Below, piece after piece: positions 10,336 through 20,541 of a DNA stretch of 64,000 nt (position 1 is its first letter; every line of letters begins with the position of its first letter). The translations under genes and the position numbers were made by a program. A model generated the notes under the pieces. The model was given only the letters and a program-made list of their open reading frames with translations. It searched no databases and was not told where the DNA came from. The DNA lies in NCBI GenBank assembly GCA_963718525.1, contig OY970355.1:1376001-1440000 (forward strand). The letters are read 5' to 3'. This stretch comes from Candidatus Dormiibacterota bacterium. Lineage in GTDB: Bacteria; Chloroflexota; Dormibacteria; Aeolococcales; Aeolococcaceae.

Positions 10336-10914
10336 GTGGCATGGATGGCAGTGCTCCCCGAGATGGACGGGGTGCTGAACTCGATGGCCTCGCGCCCACT
10401 CGCCGAGCGGATCGGCGCGATCGACGGCGTCATGGTCAAGACGTTCAAGAAGTGGGCCGACCAGCGCGGCTACTTCATCGAGCAGCTGAAGCGCGGCGAT
10501 CTCGATGACCAGGGCCGGCCGTTCATCCCCGATCAGCCCTTTGCCCAGATGTCCCGGAGCCTTGCCTACGCGCGGGGCGGCAACCCGCCCGAGCTGATCA
10601 AGGCCTTCCACTGGCACCGGCGCCAGTGGGACTACTGGGACATCGTCCAGGGGGATGCGCGCGTGGTCCTGGTGGACCTTCGCCATGATTCGCCGACGGC
10701 GGGCAGGATCCAGTCGGTGATGCTCGGTGAGAACGCCCCGCGCATGGTGGCCATCCCGCCGCTCGTGGCCCACGGCTACCAGTGCGTCTCCCAGCGCGAC
10801 GTGATCCTCAACTACTACGTGACCGAGCCATACAGCCCGGCCGACCCCGACGAGGGCCGCATCCCCTGGAACGATCCTCGCATCGGCTTCGACTGGACGA
10901 TCGAGAACATCTGA
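10336..10914 (+). CDS. rmlC: dTDP-4-dehydrorhamnose 3,5-epimerase family
   Basis: DQRGYFIE, KAFHWH, LVDLRHDSPT, IPPLVAHGY; exact start uncertain. Confidence 0.85.
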   Translation: MAWMAVLPEMDGVLNSMASRPLAERIGAIDGVMVKTFKKWADQRGYFIEQLKRGDLDDQGRPFIPDQPFAQMSRSLAYARGGNPPELIKAFHWHRRQWDYWDIVQGDARVVLVDLRHDSPTAGRIQSVMLGENAPRMVAIPPLVAHGYQCVSQRDVILNYYVTEPYSPADPDEGRIPWNDPRIGFDWTIENI

Positions 10915-10915
10915 C

Positions 10916-11923
10916 GTGCGTCTGTTGGTGACCGGTGGAGCGGGCTTCATCGGCAGCGAGTTCGTCCGCATGACGCTCCGTGACCACCCTGACGATTCCG
11001 TGGTCGTGCTCGACAAGCTCACCTACGCGGGCAACGAGCGCAACCTCGAGAGCGTGAACTCGGACCCGCGGTTCCGGTTCGTCCGTGGGGACATCTGCGA
11101 CGCGGGAATCGTCCGCGACCTCGCCGCGGGTGTCGACGTCATCGTCAACTTCGCCGCAGAGTCGCACGTCGACCGGTCGCTCGAAGCACCCGGGCAGTTC
11201 ATCCTCACGGATGTCTACGGCACATTCGTGCTGATGGACGCTGCCCGTGAGCACGACCATCAACGGTTCGTCCAGGTGAGCACCGACGAGGTCTATGGCG
11301 AGGTCGCAAGCGGGCTGAGCGTGGAGGGCGATCCGCTGCAACCCCGGAGCCCGTACAGCGCCAGCAAGGCGGGGGGTGAGCTGCAGGTCCAGGCGTATCG
11401 AACGTCGTATGGATTCCCGGCGATCGTGACCCGTGGCTCGAACACCTACGGGCCGTATCAGTACCCCGAGAAGATCATCCCGCTGTTCATCACCAACGCA
11501 ATCGACGACCGCCCGCTTCCGATCTACGGAGACGGCGGCGCGGTTCGCGACTACCTGTACGTGGAGGACCATGCCCGCGGTATCGACTGCGCGCTCCGGC
11601 ACGGTGTTCCGGGCACCGACTACAACATCGGCGCGGGCGGCGAGACCGACGGCATCGCGGTCGCTGACACTGTCCTCCGTCTGCTCGGCAAACCCAGCTC
11701 GCTCAAGCAATTCGTCCGCGACCGGCTGGGCCACGACCGCCGGTACGCGCTCGACTCGACGCGCCTCACCGGGCTCGGATGGCATCCCACGGTGACCTTC
11801 GACGCCGGCATGGAGCGGACCGTCGCATGGTTTGTGGAACACGAGGATTGGTGGCGACCGCTCAAGTCCGGCGAGTTCTGGGAGTTCTACCAGCGAAACT
11901 ACAAACCCGTGCATGCCGGTTGA
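10916..11923 (+). CDS. rmlB: dTDP-glucose 4,6-dehydratase
   Basis: TGGAGFIGS, DKLTYAGN, AAESHVDRS, STDEVYG, YSASK, GHDRRY. Confidence 0.96.
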   Translation: MRLLVTGGAGFIGSEFVRMTLRDHPDDSVVVLDKLTYAGNERNLESVNSDPRFRFVRGDICDAGIVRDLAAGVDVIVNFAAESHVDRSLEAPGQFILTDVYGTFVLMDAAREHDHQRFVQVSTDEVYGEVASGLSVEGDPLQPRSPYSASKAGGELQVQAYRTSYGFPAIVTRGSNTYGPYQYPEKIIPLFITNAIDDRPLPIYGDGGAVRDYLYVEDHARGIDCALRHGVPGTDYNIGAGGETDGIAVADTVLRLLGKPSSLKQFVRDRLGHDRRYALDSTRLTGLGWHPTVTFDAGMERTVAWFVEHEDWWRPLKSGEFWEFYQRNYKPVHAG

Positions 11924-12086
11924 GCCTCGCGAAAGGCGTCGTATCGATGCGGTATCATCGATCGTCGAAAGAGGTCAAACGCGCCAACACCGGAGTTGGT
12001 GTGGCCCAGACGGGTGGATGCAGTTGCCTGACACAGCCCAGAAGAAGCGCGCTGGTTTGACCGTAGGACGGGGTACGATCGAGCCG

Positions 12087-12815
12087 TTGCGAACAGTCGT
12101 CGTGATGCCGGCGTACAACGCGGCAAAGACGCTCGAGACAACGCTGGCGAAAATTCCCCCGGGCGTCGTGGACACGATCATCCTGGTCGACGACGGCAGC
12201 CGGGACGGGACGGCCGCCCTTGCGGTATCGCTCGATCTGGTGGTCATCTCGCATCCGCACAATGCCGGCTACGGCGCCAATCAGAAGACGTGCTACATCG
12301 AGGCACTGCGAGACGGCGCGGACGTCATCGTCATGCTGCATCCGGACGGGCAGTACGACCCAGCGATCCTCGACGACATGGTCGAGGTCATCCGCAGCGG
12401 TCGCGCCGATGTCGTGCTGGGGTCACGCTTTCTCAACCGCGGCGGTGCTCGCGCCGGGGGCATGCCGTGGTGGAAACGCATCGCGAACCGCTTCCTCACC
12501 GGGTACGAGAATCGTGTCCTCGGACTCGAACTCACCGAGTATCACACCGGGTACCGCGCGTACAGCCGCGCGTTCCTCACCACAGTGCCATTTCTGCGCA
12601 ACTCGAATGATTTCGTCTTCGACACGCAGATCCTCACGCAGGCCGCGTCCTTCAAGTTCAAGGTGGCTGAGGTTCCGGTCACGACCAAGTATTTCGACGA
12701 CGCCTCGTCGGTGAACTTTCGCGTCTCGCTGATCTACGGGCTCAAAACCGTGTGGACCGTCAACCGGTACGTGCTCCACCGCCTGGGGCTGCGCTCGCGA
12801 CGCTACTCCCGCTGA
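12087..12815 (+). CDS. GT2 glycosyltransferase, DPM1-like
   Basis: VVMPAYN, VDDGSRD, GYGANQKTCY, HPDGQY, LGSRF; TACGAT -10 box 7 nt before TTG 12087. Confidence 0.9.
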   Translation: MRTVVVMPAYNAAKTLETTLAKIPPGVVDTIILVDDGSRDGTAALAVSLDLVVISHPHNAGYGANQKTCYIEALRDGADVIVMLHPDGQYDPAILDDMVEVIRSGRADVVLGSRFLNRGGARAGGMPWWKRIANRFLTGYENRVLGLELTEYHTGYRAYSRAFLTTVPFLRNSNDFVFDTQILTQAASFKFKVAEVPVTTKYFDDASSVNFRVSLIYGLKTVWTVNRYVLHRLGLRSRRYSR

Positions 12816-13777
12816 TCGGGATCGCGAACCGCGTACACAGCCACTGTCGCACTTCGCCGCGCAGCCGCTGCCAGCGGAGCGACGACAGCTGCGGCAACGC
12901 TCAGGGGAACGGCGAGCGCCACCGCGACGCCAGCCTGGAGGCGGGTGCTCCGCTGCCGGCGTAGGCGCGCCTCCGGCCGGCGCAACACGTCGTAGAGCAG
13001 GTTCGGAGGGAGCCCGAGACGGTTTTCGACCGTCTGCACGAAGCTGAAGACGTCGTATTCGGGCACCAGGCGGGTGACCTTGACCAGACGGAATCCTTCC
13101 GCACGGAGCATCGCGGTGAGCGTCGACGTCGTGAAGTGCACCAGGTGCCTCGGGACGTCGAGGTGAAACCAACCGGCGCGGCCGACTCTCGCTTCGGGAG
13201 AGGCGAAGTTCGGCACCGCGACGAGCAGGACGCCACCTGGACGGAGCAGCCGAGCGATGCCGCGCATCGTCGTCCGCGGAGTATGGAGGTGCTCGGCGAC
13301 GTGCCAGAGCACTACGGCATCGTAGGTGGCGCCGGCCTCAACCAGGTCATCGACGTCCACTGCGCTGACGTCGAGATGGAAGCCATCGCGCGCCTGCTGC
13401 GCGGCCGAGGGTGAGCGTTCGGTCCCCCGTACGTGCCAGCCGCGCGAGCGCATCTGATTGATGAACACCCCCGGCCCGCAGCCGATGTCAAGTACGCTTC
13501 CGGCGCCGCCGATGAGCCGCTCGATCGACCGGATCCGGCTGCGATGGACCAGGGAGAGGACGCGGTCCATACCACCGCGATAGCGCTTGGTCGTGCTGTG
13601 GTATCCGCCAGGGTAATAGCCGTCGAGCTCCTGCTCGGACGGCGCCGGGGCGGTCTGGGCCAGGTCGCACTCACTGCAGCGGACGATGCTGAACACATCC
13701 CCGCTCGCGGGATCCGGCGCCTCGAAGAGGGTCTCCAATGCCGCGCCCGGATGGCCGCACGCGGTGGGTGCCGTCAC
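12803..13777 (-). CDS. Class I SAM-dependent methyltransferase with N-terminal Cys/Zn motif
   Basis: VRCSEC, LDIGCGPG, WHVAEH, LLVAVPN, DVPRHL; GTGA overlap with DMT stop. Confidence 0.88.
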   Translation of the reverse strand: MTAPTACGHPGAALETLFEAPDPASGDVFSIVRCSECDLAQTAPAPSEQELDGYYPGGYHSTTKRYRGGMDRVLSLVHRSRIRSIERLIGGAGSVLDIGCGPGVFINQMRSRGWHVRGTERSPSAAQQARDGFHLDVSAVDVDDLVEAGATYDAVVLWHVAEHLHTPRTTMRGIARLLRPGGVLLVAVPNFASPEARVGRAGWFHLDVPRHLVHFTTSTLTAMLRAEGFRLVKVTRLVPEYDVFSFVQTVENRLGLPPNLLYDVLRRPEARLRRQRSTRLQAGVAVALAVPLSVAAAVVAPLAAAARRSATVAVYAVRDPDQRE

Positions 13778-14694
13778 TGGGCGATAGCGATGTCGGCAGC
13801 TCGTCTCCACCGCGACCCCGGTTCGATGAGGGCAAGCGCGAGACCGGCGAGGATCAGCACGCCCCCCACCACGGTGGCCGGCGAGGGGACGGCCGCGAGG
13901 ATGAGGAGGGCAAGCAGCGCTGTGAGCGGGGGCTCGCCGAGGAACGACACGGAGACGAGGAGCACGGGCACATGGCGAAGTGCCCAGTTGTACACGGTGT
14001 GCCCGCCGATGGTGCAGATCACCGCCAGCCCGAGGCACGCAAGGGCGACGCGTGGTGAGGGCAGGTGCGCGACGCGTCCGACCACCGCTGTGATGGCGGC
14101 GATCACGCACACCACCGCATAGACCGACGCGGAATAGCCGGCCACCCCGAGATTCGCCCGGACGCTGCGCCCGATGAGCAGATACCCGGCCAGGCACAGA
14201 CCACCTGCGATTGCAAGCAGATCACCGCCGAACGCCATGCTGTCGACGCGGAAATCGCCGGCGCAGGTGACGATCGTGCCGATGATCGCGAGCACGCCAC
14301 CGGCGAGCATCCGGCGAGAAACTCGCTCGCCGAGGAGCCGTCTCCCGAGCGGGGTGACGATCAGGGGATGCAGCGACACGAGCAGCACGCTCGCCGCAAT
14401 GGACGTGTATCGCAGGGACGCCGTCCAGAGCAGGAAATGTCCCGCCAGGAGCAGGCCACTCACGACCACCAGCGCGATCTGCGTCGATCCTTTCGGCAGC
14501 ACGCCGCGACGGGCATCGCGGAGGACCCAGGGAGCGAGCAGCACGGTGGCCATGCCCATGCGGAGCCAGACGATCGTCGCCGGGTCATCGCCCGCCGCCT
14601 TGATGAGGATGGCCGAGAACGAGACGGCCACGGTTGCCGCAACCAGCGCCCACCCCGGCGAGGGAGTGCGCACGCGCGCGGCCGCCACGCTCAC
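13774..14694 (-). CDS. DMT/EamA family transporter
   Basis: About 10 TM segments; HFLLWTASLRYTSIA, GHTVYNWAL, LGEP. Confidence 0.9.
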   Translation of the reverse strand: MSVAAARVRTPSPGWALVAATVAVSFSAILIKAAGDDPATIVWLRMGMATVLLAPWVLRDARRGVLPKGSTQIALVVVSGLLLAGHFLLWTASLRYTSIAASVLLVSLHPLIVTPLGRRLLGERVSRRMLAGGVLAIIGTIVTCAGDFRVDSMAFGGDLLAIAGGLCLAGYLLIGRSVRANLGVAGYSASVYAVVCVIAAITAVVGRVAHLPSPRVALACLGLAVICTIGGHTVYNWALRHVPVLLVSVSFLGEPPLTALLALLILAAVPSPATVVGGVLILAGLALALIEPGSRWRRAADIAIAQ

Positions 14695-16325
14695 CTGTGG
14701 CGCTCGCGATCCCGTGCCCTCTGCAATGCGGTGTAGCCGCCAAGCACCTCGCGGATACTGCCGTCCTCGATGGCCCACGTGCGCGTTGCGACCGCGTCAA
14801 TCAGCGCCCGGTCATGCGTCACCAGCACCATCGCCCCCGGATACTTGACCAGCGCGGCTTCCAGGACCTCCTGGGCGGGGATGTCGAGGTGATTGGTCGG
14901 CTCGTCGAGCAGCAGGAGATTCGTCTCCTCGATGGCGAGCTTGCCCATCATCAGGCGCGCCCGTTCGCCGCCACTCAGATCGCCGACGAGCTTGAGCGTG
15001 TCGTCACCACTGAACAGCAGCGAGCCGAGCAGGGTGCGTGCGCGCTCCTCGCCGACCGGGTGCGTCGCGAGCAGATCCGCAAGCACGGTGCGATCGTCCT
15101 CACCCGCAGGGACATCGGCGGCGCCATGCTCCGTGGACTGGCCGAGGTCCTGGCGATACAACCGGCGCACGCTCCGAGGACCGAGCGTCAGTGTCCCGTC
15201 GAGCGGAGGGAGGTCGCCGGCGAGCGTATGCAGCAGCGTCGACTTGCCGCTCCCGTTGGGCCCGATCACGGCGATGCGCTCGCCGGGCACGATCGTCAGC
15301 GGCGGCACCATCAACAGCGGCTCGTCGCGGCCGACGATCAGCCCGACACCCTTCAACGTCACCCGGGACGCCGGCGCGCTGCTGAAGCGCAGACGGGGCT
15401 TGCGGTCGATGGTGGGCGGCGCCACCCGCTCGAGCCGGTTGAGTCGCGTCTGCCGGCCGCGGGCCTCGCGTGCTCGCTGGCCGGCCTTGTACTTCCGGAT
15501 GAACTCTTCCTGATGATCGATGTATGCCTTCTGCGCGGCAAATTCGCGACGTCGCCGCTCGCGTCGCTCGACACGCAACTTCGTGTACTGCGTGTAGTTG
15601 CCGGGGTACTCCTCGATGGTGCCGCCGGCGACCTCGATCACCTGGGTGCAGACGTTGTCGAGGAATCGTCTGTCGTGGGAGACGAGCACGAACGCGGTTG
15701 ACACCCCGCGCATGAAGTCCTCGAGCCACTCGATGGCGGCGAGGTCGAGGTGGTTGGTGGGCTCGTCAATGAGCAGGAGGTCCGCGTCCTGGACGAGCAG
15801 CTTGGCGAGCTCGAGCCGCCGCTTCTGCCCGCCGCTCAGTTGCGACGGATGGCGCTGCTGAGTCTCGGTGTCCAGGCCGAGGCCGCCGAGTGCCTCACGA
15901 GCGGTCGCCTCGAGCTCGTAGCCACCCTGGTCGATGTAGCGGTGCTGGACATCCCCATAGCGGAGCAGCAATTCCTGGGCGTCACGGCGCGTGCTGTCCG
16001 CCAGGAGCGGCTCGAGCGTGGTCATCTCGTGGTGCATCGCGGCGAGATCCTCGCGGGACGCCATCACCTCGTCGAGGATGGTCGCGGCGACCGGTTCCGG
16101 TGCGTCCTGCGGGAGGTAGCCGATGCGCAATCCGCGCTGCCACTCGATCTCGCCCGCGGTGGGCTCGAGTGCTCCGTTGATGAGCGTCAGCAGCGTGGTC
16201 TTCCCGGCGCCGTTGGCGCCGACCACGGCGATGCGCTGGCGTGTTTCGACGCGGAACGTGACACCTTCGAGGATGCTCTCGGCACCGAAGGCGACACCCA
16301 CGTCGCGAAGGCTGACCAGGGACAA
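14691..16325 (-). CDS. ABC-F family ATPase (ribosome-associated)
   Basis: Two ABC domains (GANGAGKT, LSGGQ, DEPTNHLD; GPNGSGKST, LSGGE), YPGNY linker, no TM segments. Confidence 0.93.
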   Translation of the reverse strand: MSLVSLRDVGVAFGAESILEGVTFRVETRQRIAVVGANGAGKTTLLTLINGALEPTAGEIEWQRGLRIGYLPQDAPEPVAATILDEVMASREDLAAMHHEMTTLEPLLADSTRRDAQELLLRYGDVQHRYIDQGGYELEATAREALGGLGLDTETQQRHPSQLSGGQKRRLELAKLLVQDADLLLIDEPTNHLDLAAIEWLEDFMRGVSTAFVLVSHDRRFLDNVCTQVIEVAGGTIEEYPGNYTQYTKLRVERRERRRREFAAQKAYIDHQEEFIRKYKAGQRAREARGRQTRLNRLERVAPPTIDRKPRLRFSSAPASRVTLKGVGLIVGRDEPLLMVPPLTIVPGERIAVIGPNGSGKSTLLHTLAGDLPPLDGTLTLGPRSVRRLYRQDLGQSTEHGAADVPAGEDDRTVLADLLATHPVGEERARTLLGSLLFSGDDTLKLVGDLSGGERARLMMGKLAIEETNLLLLDEPTNHLDIPAQEVLEAALVKYPGAMVLVTHDRALIDAVATRTWAIEDGSIREVLGGYTALQRARDRERHR

Positions 16326-16329
16326 GCGG

Positions 16330-18081
16330 CTACTGCCCCGCCGCGGCCTCGCGGGCGATGATGCGCCGCACGATGGCGACCGACGACGCGTACGTCGAGT
16401 CGATACCGAAGTACGAGAGGCCGCGTGCGCCGAGCGTGCGAGCCTGCGTGAACGGGGTGTCGGATGCGTAGTGGATGACCCCGAAGTCGATGGGCAGCTT
16501 GGAGAAGCTGACCGGTTCGCCGGTCGGGTAGCGGGCGGGTTGGGTCATCTCGTACACGGCGTTGCAGTATGGACCAGCCTCCATCTCCACCACGGTGAAC
16601 GCCTCGCGATAGTAGAAGTCGAGGTAGCCGCGGTTCTGCAGGAAGGTTCCTTTGACGCTGACCGCGCGCTGGTTGTCGAGGCCACTGCCGAAGCGCAGGT
16701 ACGGAGCGATGTCGGACACCGAGAACGCGTTGTCGAGCCAGTACGTCGACCGGCTGTGCTCGTCATGGACGACGCTGCTGATCATCACGTCGCCGACGTC
16801 CGCGTTGAGCGTCGCGGCCTTGCCGAGGACGTAGACCCCGCGAAGGTCGACGGTCTCCGCAACCTCGCGCAGGATGTTGTACGCGGCGAGCCCGAGCGGG
16901 TAGTCGATGTTCACGATCACCGCCCGGCTGGCTGCGAGTGCGGCCGCGTCGATCGGCAGGACCCGCTCATCGCAGTGCTCGGGATTGATCCTGTCGAGGG
17001 GGATGACCTGCGCGGCCACGTCGAGCGCCGTGCGGCTCGTGACGCTCAATGAGCCCGAATCACGCTCCTCACGGCGGAGCGCGGCTCGCTCGGAATCGGG
17101 GAGGAGGCGGAGGCGCTCGCGGGCGGCGTAGTACAGGAAGTTGTTCCAGTTGCCCTGGGCCGTGCCGTCGCGGAAGTGCCGCAGTTCGTCGCGCAGCTCA
17201 CCGCCACCGTCGCGATCGACGGCGGCCGCAAGCTCGTCGGCGTGGCGCGGCGCCACCCCGGTGAGCAGGTTGGCGATGGCGTGCGAGTTGCTGCTGACGA
17301 AATACACGGGCCGATCCAGGAGGGACTCGGAGCGCATCAGCCCGGTGACCTGCTGCCACCAGCGGCGGGTGACCCTGGCGTAGCCGACCTGGGTGCCGCC
17401 GAGCATGCGCACTCGGCATGCCATGCCGTGTTCGGCGATCTCGGCGAGGCGGGGACCGAACGCCGGGCCCCAGATCTCGTAGATCTGCAGCCAGTCGTCC
17501 TCGCGGCCTCCGCACGCCGCGGCGAGGTCACCCGGGGTGGCGTCGTCGATACGCTCGATCCCCGATCCGCGCAGCGCGACGCGAAGCTTGTTCACCTCGA
17601 TCTGGAGGGCGACCATCGTCGGGATGAGATCGTCGACATCCGACGCGCTGGCGATCAACACCGCCAGGGTGCCGTCGCCATCGTCGTACCAGCGGCGCCG
17701 CCGGCCGGGAGCGCTGACCTCCGTCCATTCGCTGAACGGGCGGAATCCCCGCTGCGCGAAGACCTCGGCCGACTGGCCCATGACCACCCTGCGCGCCCGG
17801 AAGATGGCATCGGGAAGGCGCCTGATCGCGTAGAGCAGCGCGCCAAGGTCGAGCTCCGCCGACCCGGCGAGCGGATGGAGGCTCGAACCCATCGCCTTGT
17901 GCGAAGGCTCGAAGACTCGGAGCTGGGTCTCGCCACTGCTGCGCAGGATCGTTGTGTAGGTCCGGTGGTAGACCTCGACGGCATCAACGAGGGCGGCCGC
18001 CTCTGCCTCGGGCTCGGATCGGGACAGGCCGGAGAGGGGAGCCTGCGGGGCAGGCCCGCGTCCCAGCTCGTGCAGCGCCAT
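16330..18081 (-). CDS. Conserved protein, DUF6909-like, with C-terminal nucleoside phosphorylase-like motifs
   Basis: FVSSNSH, IDYPLG, LGKAA...GDV, GTFLQN, VEMEAG, YASD; family call from recalled motifs; upstream part of the 980-aa ORF is shadow of the kinase gene. Confidence 0.7.
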   Translation of the reverse strand: MALHELGRGPAPQAPLSGLSRSEPEAEAAALVDAVEVYHRTYTTILRSSGETQLRVFEPSHKAMGSSLHPLAGSAELDLGALLYAIRRLPDAIFRARRVVMGQSAEVFAQRGFRPFSEWTEVSAPGRRRRWYDDGDGTLAVLIASASDVDDLIPTMVALQIEVNKLRVALRGSGIERIDDATPGDLAAACGGREDDWLQIYEIWGPAFGPRLAEIAEHGMACRVRMLGGTQVGYARVTRRWWQQVTGLMRSESLLDRPVYFVSSNSHAIANLLTGVAPRHADELAAAVDRDGGGELRDELRHFRDGTAQGNWNNFLYYAARERLRLLPDSERAALRREERDSGSLSVTSRTALDVAAQVIPLDRINPEHCDERVLPIDAAALAASRAVIVNIDYPLGLAAYNILREVAETVDLRGVYVLGKAATLNADVGDVMISSVVHDEHSRSTYWLDNAFSVSDIAPYLRFGSGLDNQRAVSVKGTFLQNRGYLDFYYREAFTVVEMEAGPYCNAVYEMTQPARYPTGEPVSFSKLPIDFGVIHYASDTPFTQARTLGARGLSYFGIDSTYASSVAIVRRIIAREAAAGQ

Positions 18082-18144
18082 CACAACGCATTGTCGCCGC
18101 TCACGATGCGGCGGGCACGCCGGGCTGGCTATCCTGCCCCGGCT

Positions 18145-19098
18145 GTGGGACGAATCGCTGTCACCGGATCGGTTGCGTTCGACACGATCATGGAATTCGG
18201 GGGCCGCTTCGGCGACTACATCCTGCCCGAGAAGACCAACGAGCTCAACGTTGCGTTCCTCGTCGAGCGCCTCGAGAAACGGCGCGGCGGCACCGCGTCC
18301 AACATCGCCTTCTCGATGGCGATGCTCGGAGGCCGGCCTCTGCTCTGCGCCGCCGTCGGCGGGGCTGATTTCGTCGACTACGCGGCCGCGCTCGAAGCCG
18401 AGGGTGTGGACATGTCGGCAGTGCTGACCTGCGATGACGTCAGCACCGCGACCGCCTTCATCACGACCGATCGGGACGGCAACCAGATCACCGCGTTCCA
18501 CCCGGGCGCGATGGCTCGTGCCGCCGGCGTCGATCTCAGCCAGATCGCCGACGTGTCGGAGGTGATCGTCGGCGCGGACGACGCGGCAGCGATGGCGCTG
18601 CATGTCGAGCAGGCCGAGGCCCTCGGGGCGCGCCTGATCTTCGCACCTGCGCAGCAGATCCCCGCAATGCCCGATGACGCGCTGCGGCGCGGTCTCGAGC
18701 GGGCGTGGCTGGTGGCGGGCAACGATTACGAGTTCGAGATGATCCGAGACCGCACCGGTCTGTCGGTCGACTCGCTGAGCGCAGCACGCGTGGTCGCCGT
18801 CACGCACGGCTCGGCGGGCAGCGAGCTGCGCAGCGCCGACGGCGTCTCGGTGATTCCAGCGGCGGCCGTCGCCGGGGTGGTGGATCCGACCGGCGCCGGC
18901 GATGCCTACATCGCCGGGCTGGTCACTGGTTTCCGCGCCGGCGCATCGCCAGAGGTCGCTGGCCGGATGGGCTCGCTCGCCGCCGCATACGTCGTTGAGC
19001 AACACGGACCGCAGCGTCATCGATTCGATCCCGCCACATTCCGCGCGCGCTATGCGGCGTCGTTCGGCGACACGCTGGACATGCGGTTCGAGAGCTGA
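18145..19098 (+). CDS. PfkB-family carbohydrate/nucleoside (adenosine-type) kinase
   Basis: [40 protein letters not shown]. Confidence 0.9.
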   Translation: MGRIAVTGSVAFDTIMEFGGRFGDYILPEKTNELNVAFLVERLEKRRGGTASNIAFSMAMLGGRPLLCAAVGGADFVDYAAALEAEGVDMSAVLTCDDVSTATAFITTDRDGNQITAFHPGAMARAAGVDLSQIADVSEVIVGADDAAAMALHVEQAEALGARLIFAPAQQIPAMPDDALRRGLERAWLVAGNDYEFEMIRDRTGLSVDSLSAARVVAVTHGSAGSELRSADGVSVIPAAAVAGVVDPTGAGDAYIAGLVTGFRAGASPEVAGRMGSLAAAYVVEQHGPQRHRFDPATFRARYAASFGDTLDMRFES

Positions 19099-19114
19099 GG
19101 GTAGAGTGGTCGGC

Positions 19115-20287
19115 ATGGAAGAAGCCGTCATCGTCAGCGCCGTGAGAACCCCGGTCGGCACCTTCGGGGGTGCCTTCACCGATGTGCCCGCGACCAGGCT
19201 CGGATCGGTTGCCGTCGAGGAGGCGCTGCGCCGCGCGGGGGTCGATACGGTCGACGAGGTGCTCATGGGCAACGTGCTGCAAGCCGGCCTCGGTCAGAAC
19301 ACCGCACGCCAATCGGCGATCGGCGCCGGGCTCGCAGAGAGCGTTCCCTCGACCACCATCAACAAAGTCTGTGGCAGCGGGCTCAAGACAGTGGCGCTCG
19401 CCGCGCAGGCCATCCGTGCCGGTGATGCCGAATGCCTGGTCGCGGGCGGCATGGAGAACATGTCCCGCGCGCCCTACCTGATGGAGAACGGCCGCTATGG
19501 CTACCGGCTCGGCCACGGGCAGCTGGTCGACGAGATGATCCGCGACGGTCTCTGGTGCGCGTTCGACGATTGCCATATGGGCAGCACCGCCGAGAACATA
19601 GCGCGCGAATACGAGGTGAGCCGGGAGGACCAGGATGCGTTCGCCGCCGGATCGCAGCAAAAGGCTGAAGCTGCAATCACGTCAGGACGTTTCAAGGACG
19701 AGATCGTTCCGGTGTCGGTGCAGTGCCGGAAGGAGACCGTGCTCGTCGACACCGACGAGCACCCGCGCCCCGGAATCACCACCGAAACACTCGCCGCGCT
19801 GCGTGCTGCTTTCGCGAAGGACGGCACGGTCACCGCGGGAAACGCCAGTGGCATCAACGATGGCGCCGCCGCGGTCGTTGTGATGAGCGCGTCTCGCGCC
19901 AAGGCGGAACATCGCGTCCCGCTGGCACGGATCCGCAGCTACTCGAGCGCAGGCGTGGCGCCACGCATCATGGGCATGGGACCGGTGCCCGCAGTCAGAG
20001 CCGCCCTGCAGAAAGCCGGTGTCGAACTGCGCGACATCGACCTCTTCGAACTCAACGAAGCATTCGCGGCCCAGGCGGTCGCGGTCGGTCGCGAGCTCGC
20101 GGTTCCGGACGACCGCCTCAACGTCAATGGCGGCGCGATAGCCATCGGACATCCCATTGGCGCCAGCGGGACGCGCATTCTCGTGACGTTGCTGTACGAG
20201 ATGCAGAAGCGCGACGCCAACCTTGGTGTCGCAGCGTTGTGCATCGGCGGCGGCCAGGGCATCGCGATGGTGCTCGAGCGCAGCTAG
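19115..20287 (+). CDS. Acetyl-CoA C-acetyltransferase (thiolase)
   Basis: [28 protein letters not shown]. Confidence 0.96.
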   Translation: MEEAVIVSAVRTPVGTFGGAFTDVPATRLGSVAVEEALRRAGVDTVDEVLMGNVLQAGLGQNTARQSAIGAGLAESVPSTTINKVCGSGLKTVALAAQAIRAGDAECLVAGGMENMSRAPYLMENGRYGYRLGHGQLVDEMIRDGLWCAFDDCHMGSTAENIAREYEVSREDQDAFAAGSQQKAEAAITSGRFKDEIVPVSVQCRKETVLVDTDEHPRPGITTETLAALRAAFAKDGTVTAGNASGINDGAAAVVVMSASRAKAEHRVPLARIRSYSSAGVAPRIMGMGPVPAVRAALQKAGVELRDIDLFELNEAFAAQAVAVGRELAVPDDRLNVNGGAIAIGHPIGASGTRILVTLLYEMQKRDANLGVAALCIGGGQGIAMVLERS

Positions 20288-20541
20288 AGAGCGCTGCTTC
20301 GTGAAGCTACGGGACAGGACTCGAGCGAGGTGACCTACGGCGCGTTCGTCAGGGTGGCGGCTCCACACGGCGATCCCGTCGGCGAGATGGAGGCGCCAAC
20401 CCTCCTCGTGCACCAGGCGATGATGCGGCCGGCACAGCGAGACCAGGTTATTCACCCGGGTGGGACGGGCTTCTTTCGGCACATACGAGGGCTAGAGTTG
20501 CCCAGCAAGGGAGCCGTCTCCCCTGAATCGAAGGAGCGCAA

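Noticed and set aside
18082-19272. 980-aa ORF 16330..19272 and 640-aa ORF 17176..19098 as fully overlapping long genes
   Set aside because: The extensions are antisense shadows in high-GC DNA; motif-bearing parts start at 18081 (-) and 18145 (+).
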